Shown piece after piece: positions 37,836 to 50,300 of a stretch of 64,000 nt of DNA. This stretch comes from Takakia lepidozioides (Eukaryota; Plantae; Bryophyta), in assembly GCA_030704615.1 (NCBI GenBank), contig CM060732.1, positions 36,394,001 through 36,458,000 of the forward strand, given 5' to 3'. A program made the translations under genes and the position numbers. How positions within the stretch are numbered: the first letter of the stretch is position 1; every line of letters begins with the position of its first letter. Below the pieces are notes generated by a model. It was not told the DNA's origin. It saw only the letters and a program-made list of their open reading frames with translations, and did not search any database.

Positions 37836-38331
37836 AAGAAAGCCATAGAGGCAAATTACTGAGGTTCCACTCCGAGCCATAAACACTATGGGAGAAAGAC
37901 ATCAGGGCATGGAAGAGGGAATAACACGAGGGAGAAGCAACAACAGAGAGGTCCAGTCTAGGATCACTGCAGGAAAGTACAGCAAGCCTAAAGCAAAACA
38001 ACTAAGAGCCACCTTGAGCGGGCCAAGATGTAACTCTTCTAGAATACTAGTTCAATTGACATGTGCATGTTAGGTAGGTGACCATTTTTATTTTATTTTA
38101 TTTCAAGGGTAGTAAGGGAAGAAGCCCTGAAAGCTTTATTGACGATTATTGAAGGACCAATTGATTGTAACACATTGCAAAACATTGCCTTTTTGGTATT
38201 AGTGTCAATATTTGCGGGCTCCTAAAGCTGCATTTCTTTTGCTCAGCATCCATGTCCCATGCACTCCCCACAAAGATGTAAGAATCGTGGCAAGTTATAG
38301 GGCCCACCCCCGAAAGGACGCAGTAGCCGCA

Positions 38332-38644
38332 AGGTGAAGTGGCTCTCAGTTACACCGGCTTTGGCCGGAATCCTCTCTCTCTCTTGCCAATTGATATTGG
38401 CAACTAAGATTTGCGTCTCCACGGGGCTCGACCCTTCAGATTGGCAAGGAAGATTGCGTCTATCTGAACGAGAGGGCATGAAGATACCTCGAACCGTTCA
38501 ATGCTTTGGAACAGTCAACTGTGCGGTCATATATGACAAGACATCCAGTACTATCACATGTGTTGGTTATCATCGGTTCACAAGTGAGCTAAGGGAGAGA
38601 GAAGACTCCGGCCAGAGCCGACGCAACTAAGAGCCACTTCACCT
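38332..38644. repeat. Imperfect ~54-bp inverted repeat (foldback/MITE-like)
   Basis: aggtgaagtggctctcagttacaccggctttggccggaatcctctctctc versus gagagaagactccggccagagccgacgcaactaagagccacttcacct. A related arm lies at ~36638-36685. Confidence 0.75.
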
Positions 38645-40002
38645 CAAGTGAGCTAACATTACGTGTGATCATAGGTATTGGTCGGGTGATAGACCTCACT
38701 ACCGTACCTATTTTGAAGCCCTAAGCCCAACCCACATGGGCTTCAGTGGGTTTGAAGTAGAGAAAGCTCCTTAACACAAAGACGGAAGATTGCGACTCCA
38801 TATGGTTGGTCTTTATATCACCGGCCGGGGTCAACGAGCGTAGAAGCCCCTCCATGGCTGTTTACATGTGCCTCTCTTGTCGGGGTCGGGCATGCAGAAG
38901 GTAGTAGGTCCGCAAAATACTGAATTTTCATCTCCAAGCAGTTTTAACACCAATTGGTGCCCAATGATGAAAAGATATATATATATATATAACGCCAACC
39001 GAAGCTAGCGTAAATAAGAGCCTCTTTCCCCTTGCGGGTATTGTCCCCTTTGAGGGGTGGCTCTATCCGCACCGGTGGGGTACATGACCTCTAATAGCGA
39101 GTCTTTCTTTCAATGGTCTTTCTTTCAATGTTCTACAACATGAAGTTGAGCATTTCTTGAGATTACCTGCTTGTCCGATCTCCTCCGCAGGCGAATGCAT
39201 GGAAATGCCCCTCCTTTTTGTCAACGAAGACTGATAAGTCAAATTCGTTGACTAGTCTGCTGACACTTCTACTCATAAAGCACTGTTTTTCTTGTTGTAT
39301 GAGGAGGTGGGAACATGCCATTCCACTCTCTCCCAAGATTGGACCCTATCTATGGTTTGGCCTGATGCCGCATTCCACATCACACGGTGTGAAGAGGATG
39401 GATCATGCCGAGACTGGACCCTATGGTTTGGTCCGTGCCTGTGCGGGGAAGTTCTTTGCGACAATGTCCCCAAAAATACAAAGGAAAAATTGAGCAAGTT
39501 TTTATGTTGTCATGGTGGGGTTAGCAAAGCCGGTCCCACAAATCTCCAACCGCCATGTACATATGTTTGGAGGGATTTGGTGGGCTCCATCTTTGACCCG
39601 AAATTGCTGGAGAGGGGATGATTGTGGTTCATCAGAGGTGAATCCCTGTGGAGGAGAAACAAAAAAAAAAATCTTCAGAAGAAATATGGATATTCTAGAG
39701 GGAGCCCTCCATGCAAGGCATGTTTGTACACAAGTTATTGTCTCGCGTTGTCACTTGGGGATTGCTACAGGCGCACTAATTTGTCCCATTCCTTTGTCTT
39801 GAGGTCCCAATCCAGACACGAAGGTTCCACTACTTTGTGGTGTGGGCAGGGACAGTAAAGAGTGTGGGGTATGAAGATGGCTTGAGTGACAAATGTGAAA
39901 GCCCTAAATTGGGATGCGGTGGGGTCGGGAACGTATAGGAAACATGGTGGGAGCATGGTGGTGGTGCTCCAAAACTTAAATGGTTGTTTGTGGAATCCCC
40001 TG

Positions 40003-40169
40003 ACAACCAGCATGGAGCCCAGTGGTAATGGGCACATACCATGTTGGATGTGGTCGTGGGTTCAAACCACGGTCTGGTGTGTCATGAAGGTGTCCACCTT
40101 CCTAGCGGAAGGCAGTAGGCCTTGGGGGTGAAGTGACTCCATAAGTTACGCTTCCTTCGGGAGGTGTCA
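40003..40169 (+). mobile_element. tRNA-derived SINE-like element (same family as 19451-19599)
   Basis: ggagcccagtggtaatgggcacatacca...gggttcaaacc...acgcttcc-TTCG-ggaggtgtca followed by (TA)n. Confidence 0.72.
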
Positions 40170-40414
40170 TATATATATATTTTTTGGAATCCCCTATTTG
40201 AACTTTCGAGCGGAGACTAACATCTAAGCAAACGAAGAATCATGGTACGATATCGGACCATTAGATGGTTATGGTTGAGCAGATCCTAACGATGCGTTCG
40301 ATTTTTGTTGATGACAACTTCTTTGAGATTATGTATAAATGTTCAAGTGATTTAGATGAGAAAGATTTATCATCAGGATATGAGTTGAGCCAAGAACCGG
40401 AACCCAGTACACAT

Positions 40415-41128
40415 GCGAGTTGAATGCGCGCGTGCCAGCCTGCTAGTACGGTCGTCACTGGGACTTGCCGGAACCGGACGCCTTTGGCGGGGCCCGCAGT
40501 CAAATCCCCACCCCCACGCGTTATTGCCTATATTATAGTACAAAACATAAAAATTCTGAGGAGCTGCAAGAAAATGGCGGGTAATTTGGTGGCTGGATGC
40601 ATTGACCATTAGAGCGGGGGTACCAAGTTCAAACCTCGCCCATGGTGCAATGGAAATTGTATGTTTAAGGATTTGACTGAGGTACCATCAGGTTTTTGCA
40701 TCTCCAAAAAATTTCTAAGTCCCTCAAGCGGATCTCCGCTCCCTTGTTCCCAATCGCTGCTCCCTTGTTCCAACATACATACCGCTCCCATATTCTCCTT
40801 GCCCTGTGTCCACCGCTCCCTTGTTCCCAATTGCGGCTCCCTTGTTCCACATACATACCGCTCCCATGTTCTCCTTGCTCCCCTGTGTCCACCTGTCCCC
40901 TGTTACTCCTGCTCCCTTGTGCTATTGCTCCCCTGTTTTACTGCTTCGCCGCTCCAATAACAGGGGAGCGGCGGAGCGCCGAGGTGGGAACATGGAGCGT
41001 GGGACCCACGGATGGGGTGAACCATACACGAGGGAAGCAGGGGTGGGGATTTGACGGCGGGCCCAAGGGGGCCCTCCGGTTAGCTCCCAGTATCATACCA
41101 GCAACCCTTGCACGCGCATTAAATTCCC
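40415..41128. mobile_element. Non-autonomous element with ~100-bp degenerate TIRs and an internal minisatellite (~40736-40935)
   Basis: Left gagttgaatgcgcg...ggcccgcagtcaaatccccacccc mirrors right ggggtggggatttgacggcgggccc...cgcgcattaaattccc. Internal ~76-bp unit x2 built from gctccc(t/c)tgtt subunits. Confidence 0.7.
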
Positions 41129-42957
41129 ATCCTATGTCTAGTGTAAACCCCAAGAGCCTATGGAAGTTAACTGATTATAGCAATTTCTTAATAAAAATTT
41201 AAGACAATACGATTTTTATAGCAAAAAATAAATTGAGAATGTGGATGCCTAATAACTTATTTAGAAAAATTGTGAGCTATTGAAGACTTCAAAAATTCCC
41301 ATAAAAATGTCTTAAATACTAAAAAGACACAAACAATTATTTCTTTCCAATTTAGCTTCATTGAGAATTTTCAAAATTCATAAGCCAGCCACACAACCCA
41401 ACTCTCAACCAGCCTCCATTTCATTGTTTTGTTCAAATTTCCCTTTCTTTTTGTCATGAATTCAAAGGAAGCTGACACAAATGTCTGAAAAAAAAAAAAT
41501 CAAAACATGTTGAGCCTAGATAAATGATGGTGGTACTTAATCAAATTGGTACTCAACCTCTTGTAGTTAAGAGAGAAAATCCACTTATAGTTGAACATAC
41601 ATGTGTCCTGGATTGGTAGTGGGGACTGATGACGAAAAGTTGAGGATGAAATAGGACAAAAAGACACGCATCATCGATGAATTATTAGTCTCTAATGGAT
41701 GGAAGTCGATGTAGGCTAGATCCACCAATGGTTGGGGGCACAAGGCTGCCTTACTGAGTGTTTTTGAGAGCCACATATGTGTAGTCACCTCATATATAAA
41801 AGAAAGATTACTCCTATCGAACAATTACCAAAACGTGTAGGTACGGCTTGCGAAACCTTTCCTTTCCAATCCTTAGGAGAGGTTTGGGCAACTTTGCATG
41901 ACGATGACCGATAAAAGGTGTCTATTTTCCAAACCGAAAGTGGAAGTCCTTCTCGTCACATCATAAATTTCTTTTTTCGTAGGATAGAGTGAGGCACTTA
42001 AGCACCCTTAAAGGACGAGCTAACTTTTTTCGTTTTTTCAAAAAAACAGTATATACCTTGATTAAACTAGCTATATCTTCCTACCCCCATCCATCCACTT
42101 GGATGACACCTACCGCCGGAAGAAAGATTTATATTTTTTGCCCCTTACAACCCCATCCTACCGACGACATGAACACCATCACAAAATCTAGGCAGGTTTG
42201 ACCGTTGCAAATGGGATATTATAGCAAAAAGAAATGACAAAATTTGAAACCCAAATGAATATTACATGACAAAAAATGGTTTGACCATGGAAATTTTCCA
42301 ATATCCATATGAATGGCCTCCAGATTCACAATTCAATTAGGGGCACATAGAAGGTGCTCTCTGAAAATTTCAAATTGAAAGACCTAAAATTTAGGGAGGG
42401 TGCTTTGTAGTGAATTTAGGGGGGGAGTATTTAGGGGGCTCCCTCCATGGCCCCAAAAATAAATAGGACCATAGCTAAATTAGTAGAGTGAGTAGAAATG
42501 AGAGAATATAGTGAGAGATTAGTCCATCGAAGGTCGAGCCTTGGTTTGCTGTAGTGAACCAAGGCTCCTAGAATGTCTAGAAATTCTACTTGGAATCCAA
42601 ATTCCTACCTGCTCCAATGTAAAGTACACTGCCAAAACAATTTCTGATTCGGAGCAAATTTTTAGGTTGGATGGGGCATTTTCTGAAACGCCTTCCGGCC
42701 TGCCAGGAGGGCAGTTGACCTCCAGAACTACCTCTTGGGCTGCCACGTGGGCGGTCAACCTACTTGGACACCACCCAAATCCGGCACCCTTGACACTAAA
42801 AAGATTTTACCGTGTGCATGGAATTTAGGGTTTAGTGTGCCCTTTGTTGGAGCATGTAGAGGACAAGGGCGCCTACATTTTTCACTCAGATCACATGTTC
42901 ATCCGACTTCATCCATGGCGGTTACGGCATGGATGAAAAATGACGCGGGGTTAACAC

Positions 42958-43834
42958 CAGTGTGGGTTTTTTTTCGGAGCCAAGTCTGAGTCCGGATCCG
43001 GGTTTTTGAAATTTGGAAAATCCGGGTCCGGGTTCGGGTCCGGGTTTGTCAACACAGACTCGGGTTAGGGTCTGGGTAGTTGTTGGGAAATTTTAGCGGG
43101 TTCAGGGGTTCGGATCCGGGTCCTAATTTATTGATTAAATAAATTAGAAAAATAAGATTAATTAGGGATAAAATTATTTTTGGCTGGAAAAAACTTTAAA
43201 TCCTAATAATGAATTTTATTTTAAGAGAAATTCCTTCAAAATATACCATGAATATGAATAAGAATTAAAATAAAAGTTTGAGTTCCATTTTCTATTTTTC
43301 AATATCAATTCTTTAAACATGTTAAGAATAGTAATATGCCTCAAGGGTAGATCACTATAGCATGGATGTGTGGGATCTGGCCTAATAATAATATATGACG
43401 CCTCCTTTGGGAGGTGTAAATTATGGTCCCATAGGGCACAACTTTGTGACACCACTCCCTGGATTGAACCCACAACCGCTTTTGAGGTGGTGTGTGGGCA
43501 TTACCACTGGGCTATAGCGTGGTGGGGCTGGCAGCTGCAGTGGCCTATTGCTGCTGGTCCCCTCCACACATATGACAAAACCTACCAAATCTAAGGTGGA
43601 CCCCACATGCCCCATTTAAAATTAAGACCCGGACCCTGACCCGCTACATTGGCCCGCGGGTAGCGGGTTTAAGGGGTTCTGGACCCAGCAGGCGGGTCCG
43701 GGTTCATTTCAGAAATGAACCCGGGTCAGGATCCGGGTTTTTTGTGATAGCACGGGTCCCGGCGCGGGTCCGGGTAACCCGGATCCTAACCCGTCGGGTA
43801 CCCCGCCTTCAAAACCCGGACACGCACAACACTG
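42958..43834. mobile_element. hAT-type MITE (CAGTGT termini, 8-bp TSD GTTAACAC) carrying a nested SINE-like copy at 43396-43523 (-)
   Basis: gttaacac at 42950-42957 and 43835-43842. Dense subterminal (c)cgggt/acccg motifs. Confidence 0.85.
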
Positions 43835-44235
43835 GTTAACACCCCAAATCACTTGAAACTAGATTGGTACTTTATAATTGCCACATGTCGGTTCCTATTT
43901 TCCTGCGTGAAACCCGGACTCTACATATTAATGTCGAACCACTACGAGAGTTCCAACTCATCCATCAATGAGAAAATTTAAACTAGTGGAATATGAGGCC
44001 CCACAATCAAAAATTATATATAAATAAATAAACTAAAATAAATAAATTTTACATAATATATTTTACAATGAGCTGCATGTCTTCACGTGGGAAAGTAATC
44101 ACAGTAGAATATTATAATAAGTATTTTCATAGTGTCTTTGGAGTAATGCCATTATCTACTCAGTGTAGCCACACAATTACAACTGATGCAAACATTTTTA
44201 AGGATAGTCTTATGATATTTTAGGTACGTTCAAAC

Positions 44236-44621
44236 CAGTGTTGTACTGGTATAGAGGGTTTCACCTGCGTATCAATACTGGATATAAATCTGGTATTGCA
44301 GAACCTACCTCGACTGTTATTGATTTTTCAATACCAGTACTACCCAGCCATCTTCCTCATTTATATTGGTATCAATACTATATTACATTATTATATATAT
44401 GCTATGTATTTATACGTATTTATATTTATTTAATAGATAATATAATATAATATATATTTTTTTGTTTTTTTATTTACTTGGAATGATACCCTATTGATAC
44501 TATATACCACATGGTATTTATGGTCATAATACTCATATTCATACCAGAATAGTCAAAAAACAATTCCACCATTATAGATACCCAACTGGTATGTCCTAAA
44601 CCTGATACCAGTACAACACTG
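44236..44621. mobile_element. hAT-type MITE, TSD GTTCAAAC
   Basis: TIR cagtgttgtactggtat / ataccagtacaacactg. gttcaaac at 44228-44235 and 44622-44629. Confidence 0.9.
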
Positions 44622-44660
44622 GTTCAAACCTGCTGATACGTCGATTGGTAGCGTCGAAAC

Positions 44661-45491
44661 CAGTGTTGGGCGGTTCTTGCATTTGTGAAGGAACCTTCGG
44701 TTCCGGTTCCAAAATTATTTCAAGAGACGGTTCCGGATCCGGTTCCGGTTTTTTTTTATTGGGCCGGTTCCGGTCCGGTTCCGGATCCAACTTTTAAACA
44801 TGGGGGCGGTTCCGGTTACCGGTTAGTTGCTGATAAAAACCATCGGTTCCGGTTAGGTTCCGGTTCTATTTTTAAAATATATTTGTTTAACTTAATTAGA
44901 TTTAAAATATTTTATCAGTCCGGTAGATTAAATAGCAGTGTATTCACATATTTGAACTAAAATCCAACAATTTTGTTAGTTTTCACTAACACAAAAAAAC
45001 AAACAAAAATACTCTAAATAAACTGGTAGAAGAAAATGGGTAAAATTTTATGGGTTGAAAGTACTATTCAGCTACCTGGCAAGTATTGGCATCTTCAAAC
45101 ATTTTATTAATGAACTTAGCCAGGATATCATGGAGCTGGAGATTGAACCCAAGATCTCATGGCGCTGAAGCATTGAACATCAAATCTCATGGCCTTCAAG
45201 CATTGAACCCAGGATCTCAGGAGCTTAAGAGCATTAAATAAGTTTTTCCCTGGGCCCACCAGCCCCACCAAGGGGTCAAGAACCAAGAACCGGAACCGCT
45301 TTGGATCTGGAACCGCCGGTTCCCACACATGTGGTCGTAGCTGGAACCGCCGGTTCCGGTTTCCACACAATCCCCAATGAGCGGTTCGGGTTCCGGTTCT
45401 GCACAGGCGGGTCCGGTTCCGGTCCGGTTCCACATAACCGGAATCGGAACCGGCGGTTACCCGGGGCCAGGCGGGTAACCGCCCAACACTG
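44661..45491. mobile_element. hAT-type MITE, TSD GTCGAAAC
   Basis: TIR cagtgttgggcggtt / aaccgcccaacactg. gtcgaaac at 44653-44660 and 45492-45499. Many ccggtt/aaccgg subterminal repeats. Confidence 0.9.
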
Positions 45492-45499
45492 GTCGAAAC

Positions 45500-46009
45500 C
45501 AGTGTTGGACTGGTATCAAGTTTTTTACATACCAGTCTGGTCCGGGTACCAGGCGTATCACAAAGATTTCATACCAGTCTGGTCTATATAATGGTGGATG
45601 TATATTTGTCAAAATACTAATATGAGTATGAGTATCATGACCACAATACCAGCTGGTATGAGGTATCAACTCTGGTATCAGCCTTTATGTGTATTGTATT
45701 TATTTTCACTTGATATTTGCTATTTGATAAACTTGTAATTCAAGATGGCTTTAGAAGTAAATATACATAAATACAAATGTATAGGCAAATGTACACATAA
45801 ATTAATATGGTACACATACCAGAGTAAATGAGGTAGACTGCGGGGGAGTACTGGTATTGTGGCTGGTATGAAAAAACTGATACCAGCCTGGTCTGGTATA
45901 TGACCAAGTATTCTCCCAAACGACACCAGACCGGTCGGGTATCTAATACCAGTGCATATACCAGTACTAAGTTATACCAGTCCTTCACCTATACACCAGT
46001 CCAACACTG
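45500..46009. mobile_element. hAT-type MITE directly abutting the TSD of the previous element
   Basis: TIR cagtgttggactgg / ccagtccaacactg. Left flank gtcgaaac, right flank ctcgaaaa (6/8). Internal ataccag/ctggtat repeats as in 44236-44621. Confidence 0.85.
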
Positions 46010-46337
46010 CTCGAAAATACGTATCTCCGTTCATACATATGCTACCTGTGTAGATTAGTAACCTACGTGGCATTCGCTATTAACACCCCTATCGCCCAGT
46101 ATTGGTAAGTAAGTCGGATGATAAATTATTTGCCCATCAGTAAAATGCTACAGATTCGTTGATTTGCTCTCCATTTGATGACTTATCCATTCGAAATCAC
46201 AGCAGGTAACTTGTCGATTCCCTCCCATCTCCTTACCGCCTCGCCACAAAAGCAAGCTTGAAGTCCCCCCGCAACGCAGTTTCTGTGCAAACATACACAC
46301 TAGTACGAAGTTTTCTTACAAGACTTGAAGCGCAAGG

Positions 46338-47036
46338 ATGGAAACAGAGTCACATTCAACAGATACTGCTCCGGGGATATATGTAAGGAGAGGGAGAGGG
46401 AGAGGCGCTACACTATCCAGAGGGGAAATTAATTTGAGCATGCGGTTGAGGCACGGGAATTGGGAACACCGTGAGGTTCTTGCAGTGACTAAGCGCAAAC
46501 ATGCAGAGCATGTCGCTCAGAAAGAGCTTGTGGATCCAAGAGCTCACATGGTCCCCGCTGTGAGAAATGGCACAAATTATCTGAGGAACTGCAGAAAATC
46601 ATTGGAGCCAAATTCCCTTGAAACGGGAAACATTGTAAAGACAAATGCAACGGGTTGAACAACAATTTCAAGATTGCCGAGACGATTCAATAGGGAATAT
46701 TACAATGCCATAGAGGCATTTCAAGGGGAGCGCATTATTAATGCATGCGTCCATGTGCGGGATTTGCACTCTAAGGGCGATGGCAACTACTGTGCACTTG
46801 TGCCGGAGAATTCCACACAAGAGCCTGAAGCAGTTGCTACTTCATTGATGCAGGAATTCTTAGGAGATGACTTTGTCCCGGAATCGCAAGTACCTGTAGC
46901 AAATTTTGCACCGCAAGCTTCACAAACTGTGCGGGTCCTTGACGATATCTTGGACACTGCACCGCATGGGAACAATGTAGTCAACTTGTCAGACGCAAGT
47001 GCACCTCCACACTCGGGACCACCCGGCAGCACATGA
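46338..47036 (+). pseudogene. Trihelix (Myb/SANT-like) protein remnant, possibly a PIF/Harbinger-type accessory ORF
   Basis: GNWEHREVLAV..K, then a frameshift, then EKWHKLSEEL...*NGKHCKDKCNGLNNNFK...LPRRFNREYYNAI. Confidence 0.65.
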
Positions 47037-49519
47037 ATTAAATATAATCGCCCAAACATATTTAATACCGCTCAAATTGAAATTGAGGAGCATCGTGCCA
47101 AGGCTCAGGACTCCACGCACAATGAACAGTTGAAGTATTTCGCAAAGAGAGACAATAAACTTCATCCTACCATGAGTAAGAACATGTGCTTGCTAACCTG
47201 AGCAATGTCAATGTGTTGACCATGCTTTTATTTGTGACAAGGAGAAAATTCGCTCCTCTCAGACTCATCGTCAGAGGACGAGAATAGTCAGCCATAATCA
47301 ACAACCTTCTAAGCGGTTGATAATGCAAATACATGGCAAATAATAGTGACTTAGACAACAACATACAATTGACCAGTAGCGAATCAAGATCAAGATCAAC
47401 CGAGGAGCGAAGAAATACTTTGTAGTGAAGTTTTTTGAATTTTCTACAAGTTGCAGTACATGAAAGATTTGAATATGTGGTGTAGAACTGAAAGACAGCT
47501 CAATTGATTCTCTCTGGCCATTTTGAATAGGCCCTCAATGAATCAAAAAAATTCATTGAAAAACAGCCACACTTGCGATGAAGCACTGACATTGCGAATG
47601 AAAGAGACGGGGTTTTTCCCACGCACAGGGCAGGTTGGAGGCTGGGCAGCCCCGGCACTATCCCCTCGGTGTCTGGGACATAGTGCCGAGGCCGGGCATG
47701 GTGTAGTATGTCATCGGCATGGGAGAAGCCATGGTAGAGTGGTGTTGGTCCGGGGGCATCCTTGGTAGGAGCCAGTGTCGATGAGGGAGAACCAGCGAGT
47801 TTCATGTGTTTGATGAGGAGTTGGTGTATCTACCAAACAGCTTGGTTGTGTCTGGTAATCCTTAGTCCGTATATGATTGGGTGTGTACATTGGCCGAGGA
47901 AGTGTGGTCATGTATCCTTGGCTGGTGGGGATACTCTGCATAGAGGGCAATATGGTGAGGGGTATGTGTGTGGCCAGAAAAGGTGTTTGCGCTAATTACC
48001 CATGTATTGTGCGTATAAGTATGGACAATTGGCCTACAAATTTTGGTGACTCCCCTAGTAGTGGCAGCCACGTAGGTAGGTTACGTGTCGATTTTTTAAA
48101 TAAATAAATAGAAATAATTTGAAATACTACCGTTCGTCGGACTGCTGCGCCACGTCCTTTGTGTCCTCTACACCATGCTGCGCGCGAGCCTTCTTGTGGA
48201 CTACCTTCCTACCCGCCTCTCCACGCCATGCGGCGCACAAGCTATGGGGCACGCCTTGCCATGGACACTATGGACTTGTGGCCTATGATGTGGGACCGCC
48301 TCCCATATCTCACACGTAACTAATTTTGGTGTCTGTTTCTGGGCGTTTTAGAGGCCCGTTCCTGTACGTTACGGCAGGGCACAAACAAGGGGTTGTGTGG
48401 ACCCCACACAGTCTACAGATACGTTTGTCATGTTAGGAAATCTCTATCAATTTTCACATTTTAGAAAGTCTATTTAAGATTATTTGAATAGGTGGATGTC
48501 TATCGTTAGCAGCTTTCTCCTCATCAGTATTGGGTGATGGTTTAGGTGTAACATTTCAAGGCTCATTTGGACTCCACAACAGTAATGCAAGACGTATCAG
48601 ACTGACAGTAGTTGAAATCTTGTTTTCTATGAGGGGATTAGCAGTAGATCTATTTGAAAAAAGTTGAGCACTGGTTTTTCAAGAAGAAACATCTGATCGT
48701 GGTTTAAGTGTTATTTAAGTGTTCTTTCAGGTGCTATCCAGCTTGTCAATTCTGTTGTCTTCCAGTACTCAAGGGTTCAGTTAACTCTCTTGTGGTGGTC
48801 GTCTTATGTCATGGTGGGATATGGTTATTAGGAAAATTTGTAGGGAGGACATTCTCTCGTTTCTGTAGTAATTCAGGGGAAATGGTGAGTGGTCTTTATT
48901 GGCTTGTTGGGGTGTTCTTTGTTGGAGACTCTGGTGATAGCTGTAAGATCTCCCTCTCCCTCTGGATTCGTTGGAAAAATTATGATGACGGACTCCTGTT
49001 ATATTACAAAGCACATGCAAGTTGATAACTCGGATTAGGGTAGCCAGTGAAACTCATGCTTTCATGAAAAGGCTGGCATTGTGGAGAAATGCTAGAAAAA
49101 AAGAGGTAGGAAATGTGGAGGATGTTTTGCTCTCCTAACACTAATTAATTTTTGTTAAAGATATCATAATCTGTCTATGAACAGTAAGTGGTTGAGGAGC
49201 GCAATGTCTGTAGCCGATAATTTGCCAGTGCTGTTCCCGGCCAAGACCTTGCCATGACATTTCAAAGTGGACTCTCAATTTGTTGAAGGTATGAGTGGAC
49301 AACGACCGACAGACCTGCAGCGCTCGAATGTTGTGGACCTTTTGTTATTGTTTGTATTATTGTGGTTATCGGTAAGTAAGTATCAGACTAAAAGTAGTTG
49401 AAATCTTTCTTTTTCTTTCCTATGAGGGGATTAGCAATAGATCTCTTTGAAAGAAGTTGGTCACTGGTTTTTCAAGAAAACACTCATAATTTGATCGTTG
49501 TTTAAGTGTTGCTAGTTCT

Positions 49520-50300
49520 CTGAAAGTATTGTGGCTGCCTTCAGGTGTTACCCCGCTTGTCAATCTTGTTCTCTTCCAGTCTACAGGTTGGGTTAACTCT
49601 CTTGTGGCGGTCGTCTACATGGTGGGATATGGTCATCAACATATCTCGCACATAGTACACGACCGCCACAAGAGAGTTTTATGAAAATATTATGGCTTCT
49701 TTCAGGTGTTACCCAGCTTGTCAATTCTGTTCTCTTTCAATCTAAGGGTTGGGTTAACTCTCTTGTGGCGGTCGTCTACATGGGGGGATATGGTCATCGA
49801 CATATCTCGCACATAGTACATGACCGCCACAAGAGAGTTCTATGAAAATATTATGGCTTCCTTCAGGTGTTACCCAACTTGTCAATTCTGTTCTCTTCCA
49901 ATCTAAGGGTTGGGTTAACTCTCTTGTGGCGGTCGTCTACATGGTGGGATATGGTCATCAGGAAAAATCGCAACGATTATACCTGTGATATATCTTGCAC
50001 ATAGTACACAACCGCCACAAGAGAGTTCTATGAAAATATCATGGCTTCCTTCAGGTTTTACACAACTTGTCAATTCTGTTCTCTTCCAATCTAAGGGTTG
50101 GGTTGATTCTCTTGTGGCGGTTGTCTACATGGTGGGATATGGTCAGATTTTTCCCTGCGACATATCCCAGAAGAGAGTTATGTGAGAATATTGTGGCTTC
50201 CTTTAGGGTGTTACCCAACTTGTCAGCTCTGTTCTCTTCCAGTCTAAGGGTTGGGTTAACTCTCTTGTGGCGGTCGTCTACATGGTGGAATATGGCCATC
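49520..50300. repeat. Tandem array of ~160-bp units, most containing a long hairpin
   Basis: Unit ...ttcaggtgttaccc..cttgtcaat...gggttaactctcttgtggcggtcgtctacatgg... occurs five times. Hairpin arms aactctcttgtggcggtcgt / acgaccgccacaagagagtt. Confidence 0.92.

Noticed and set aside
40609-41202. Overlapping ORFs on both strands
   Set aside because: Artefacts of a GC-rich minisatellite inside a non-autonomous element.
49520-50300. CRISPR-like repeat-spacer array
   Set aside because: Whole ~160-bp units are repeated with no unique spacers and no cas genes, in a eukaryotic context.
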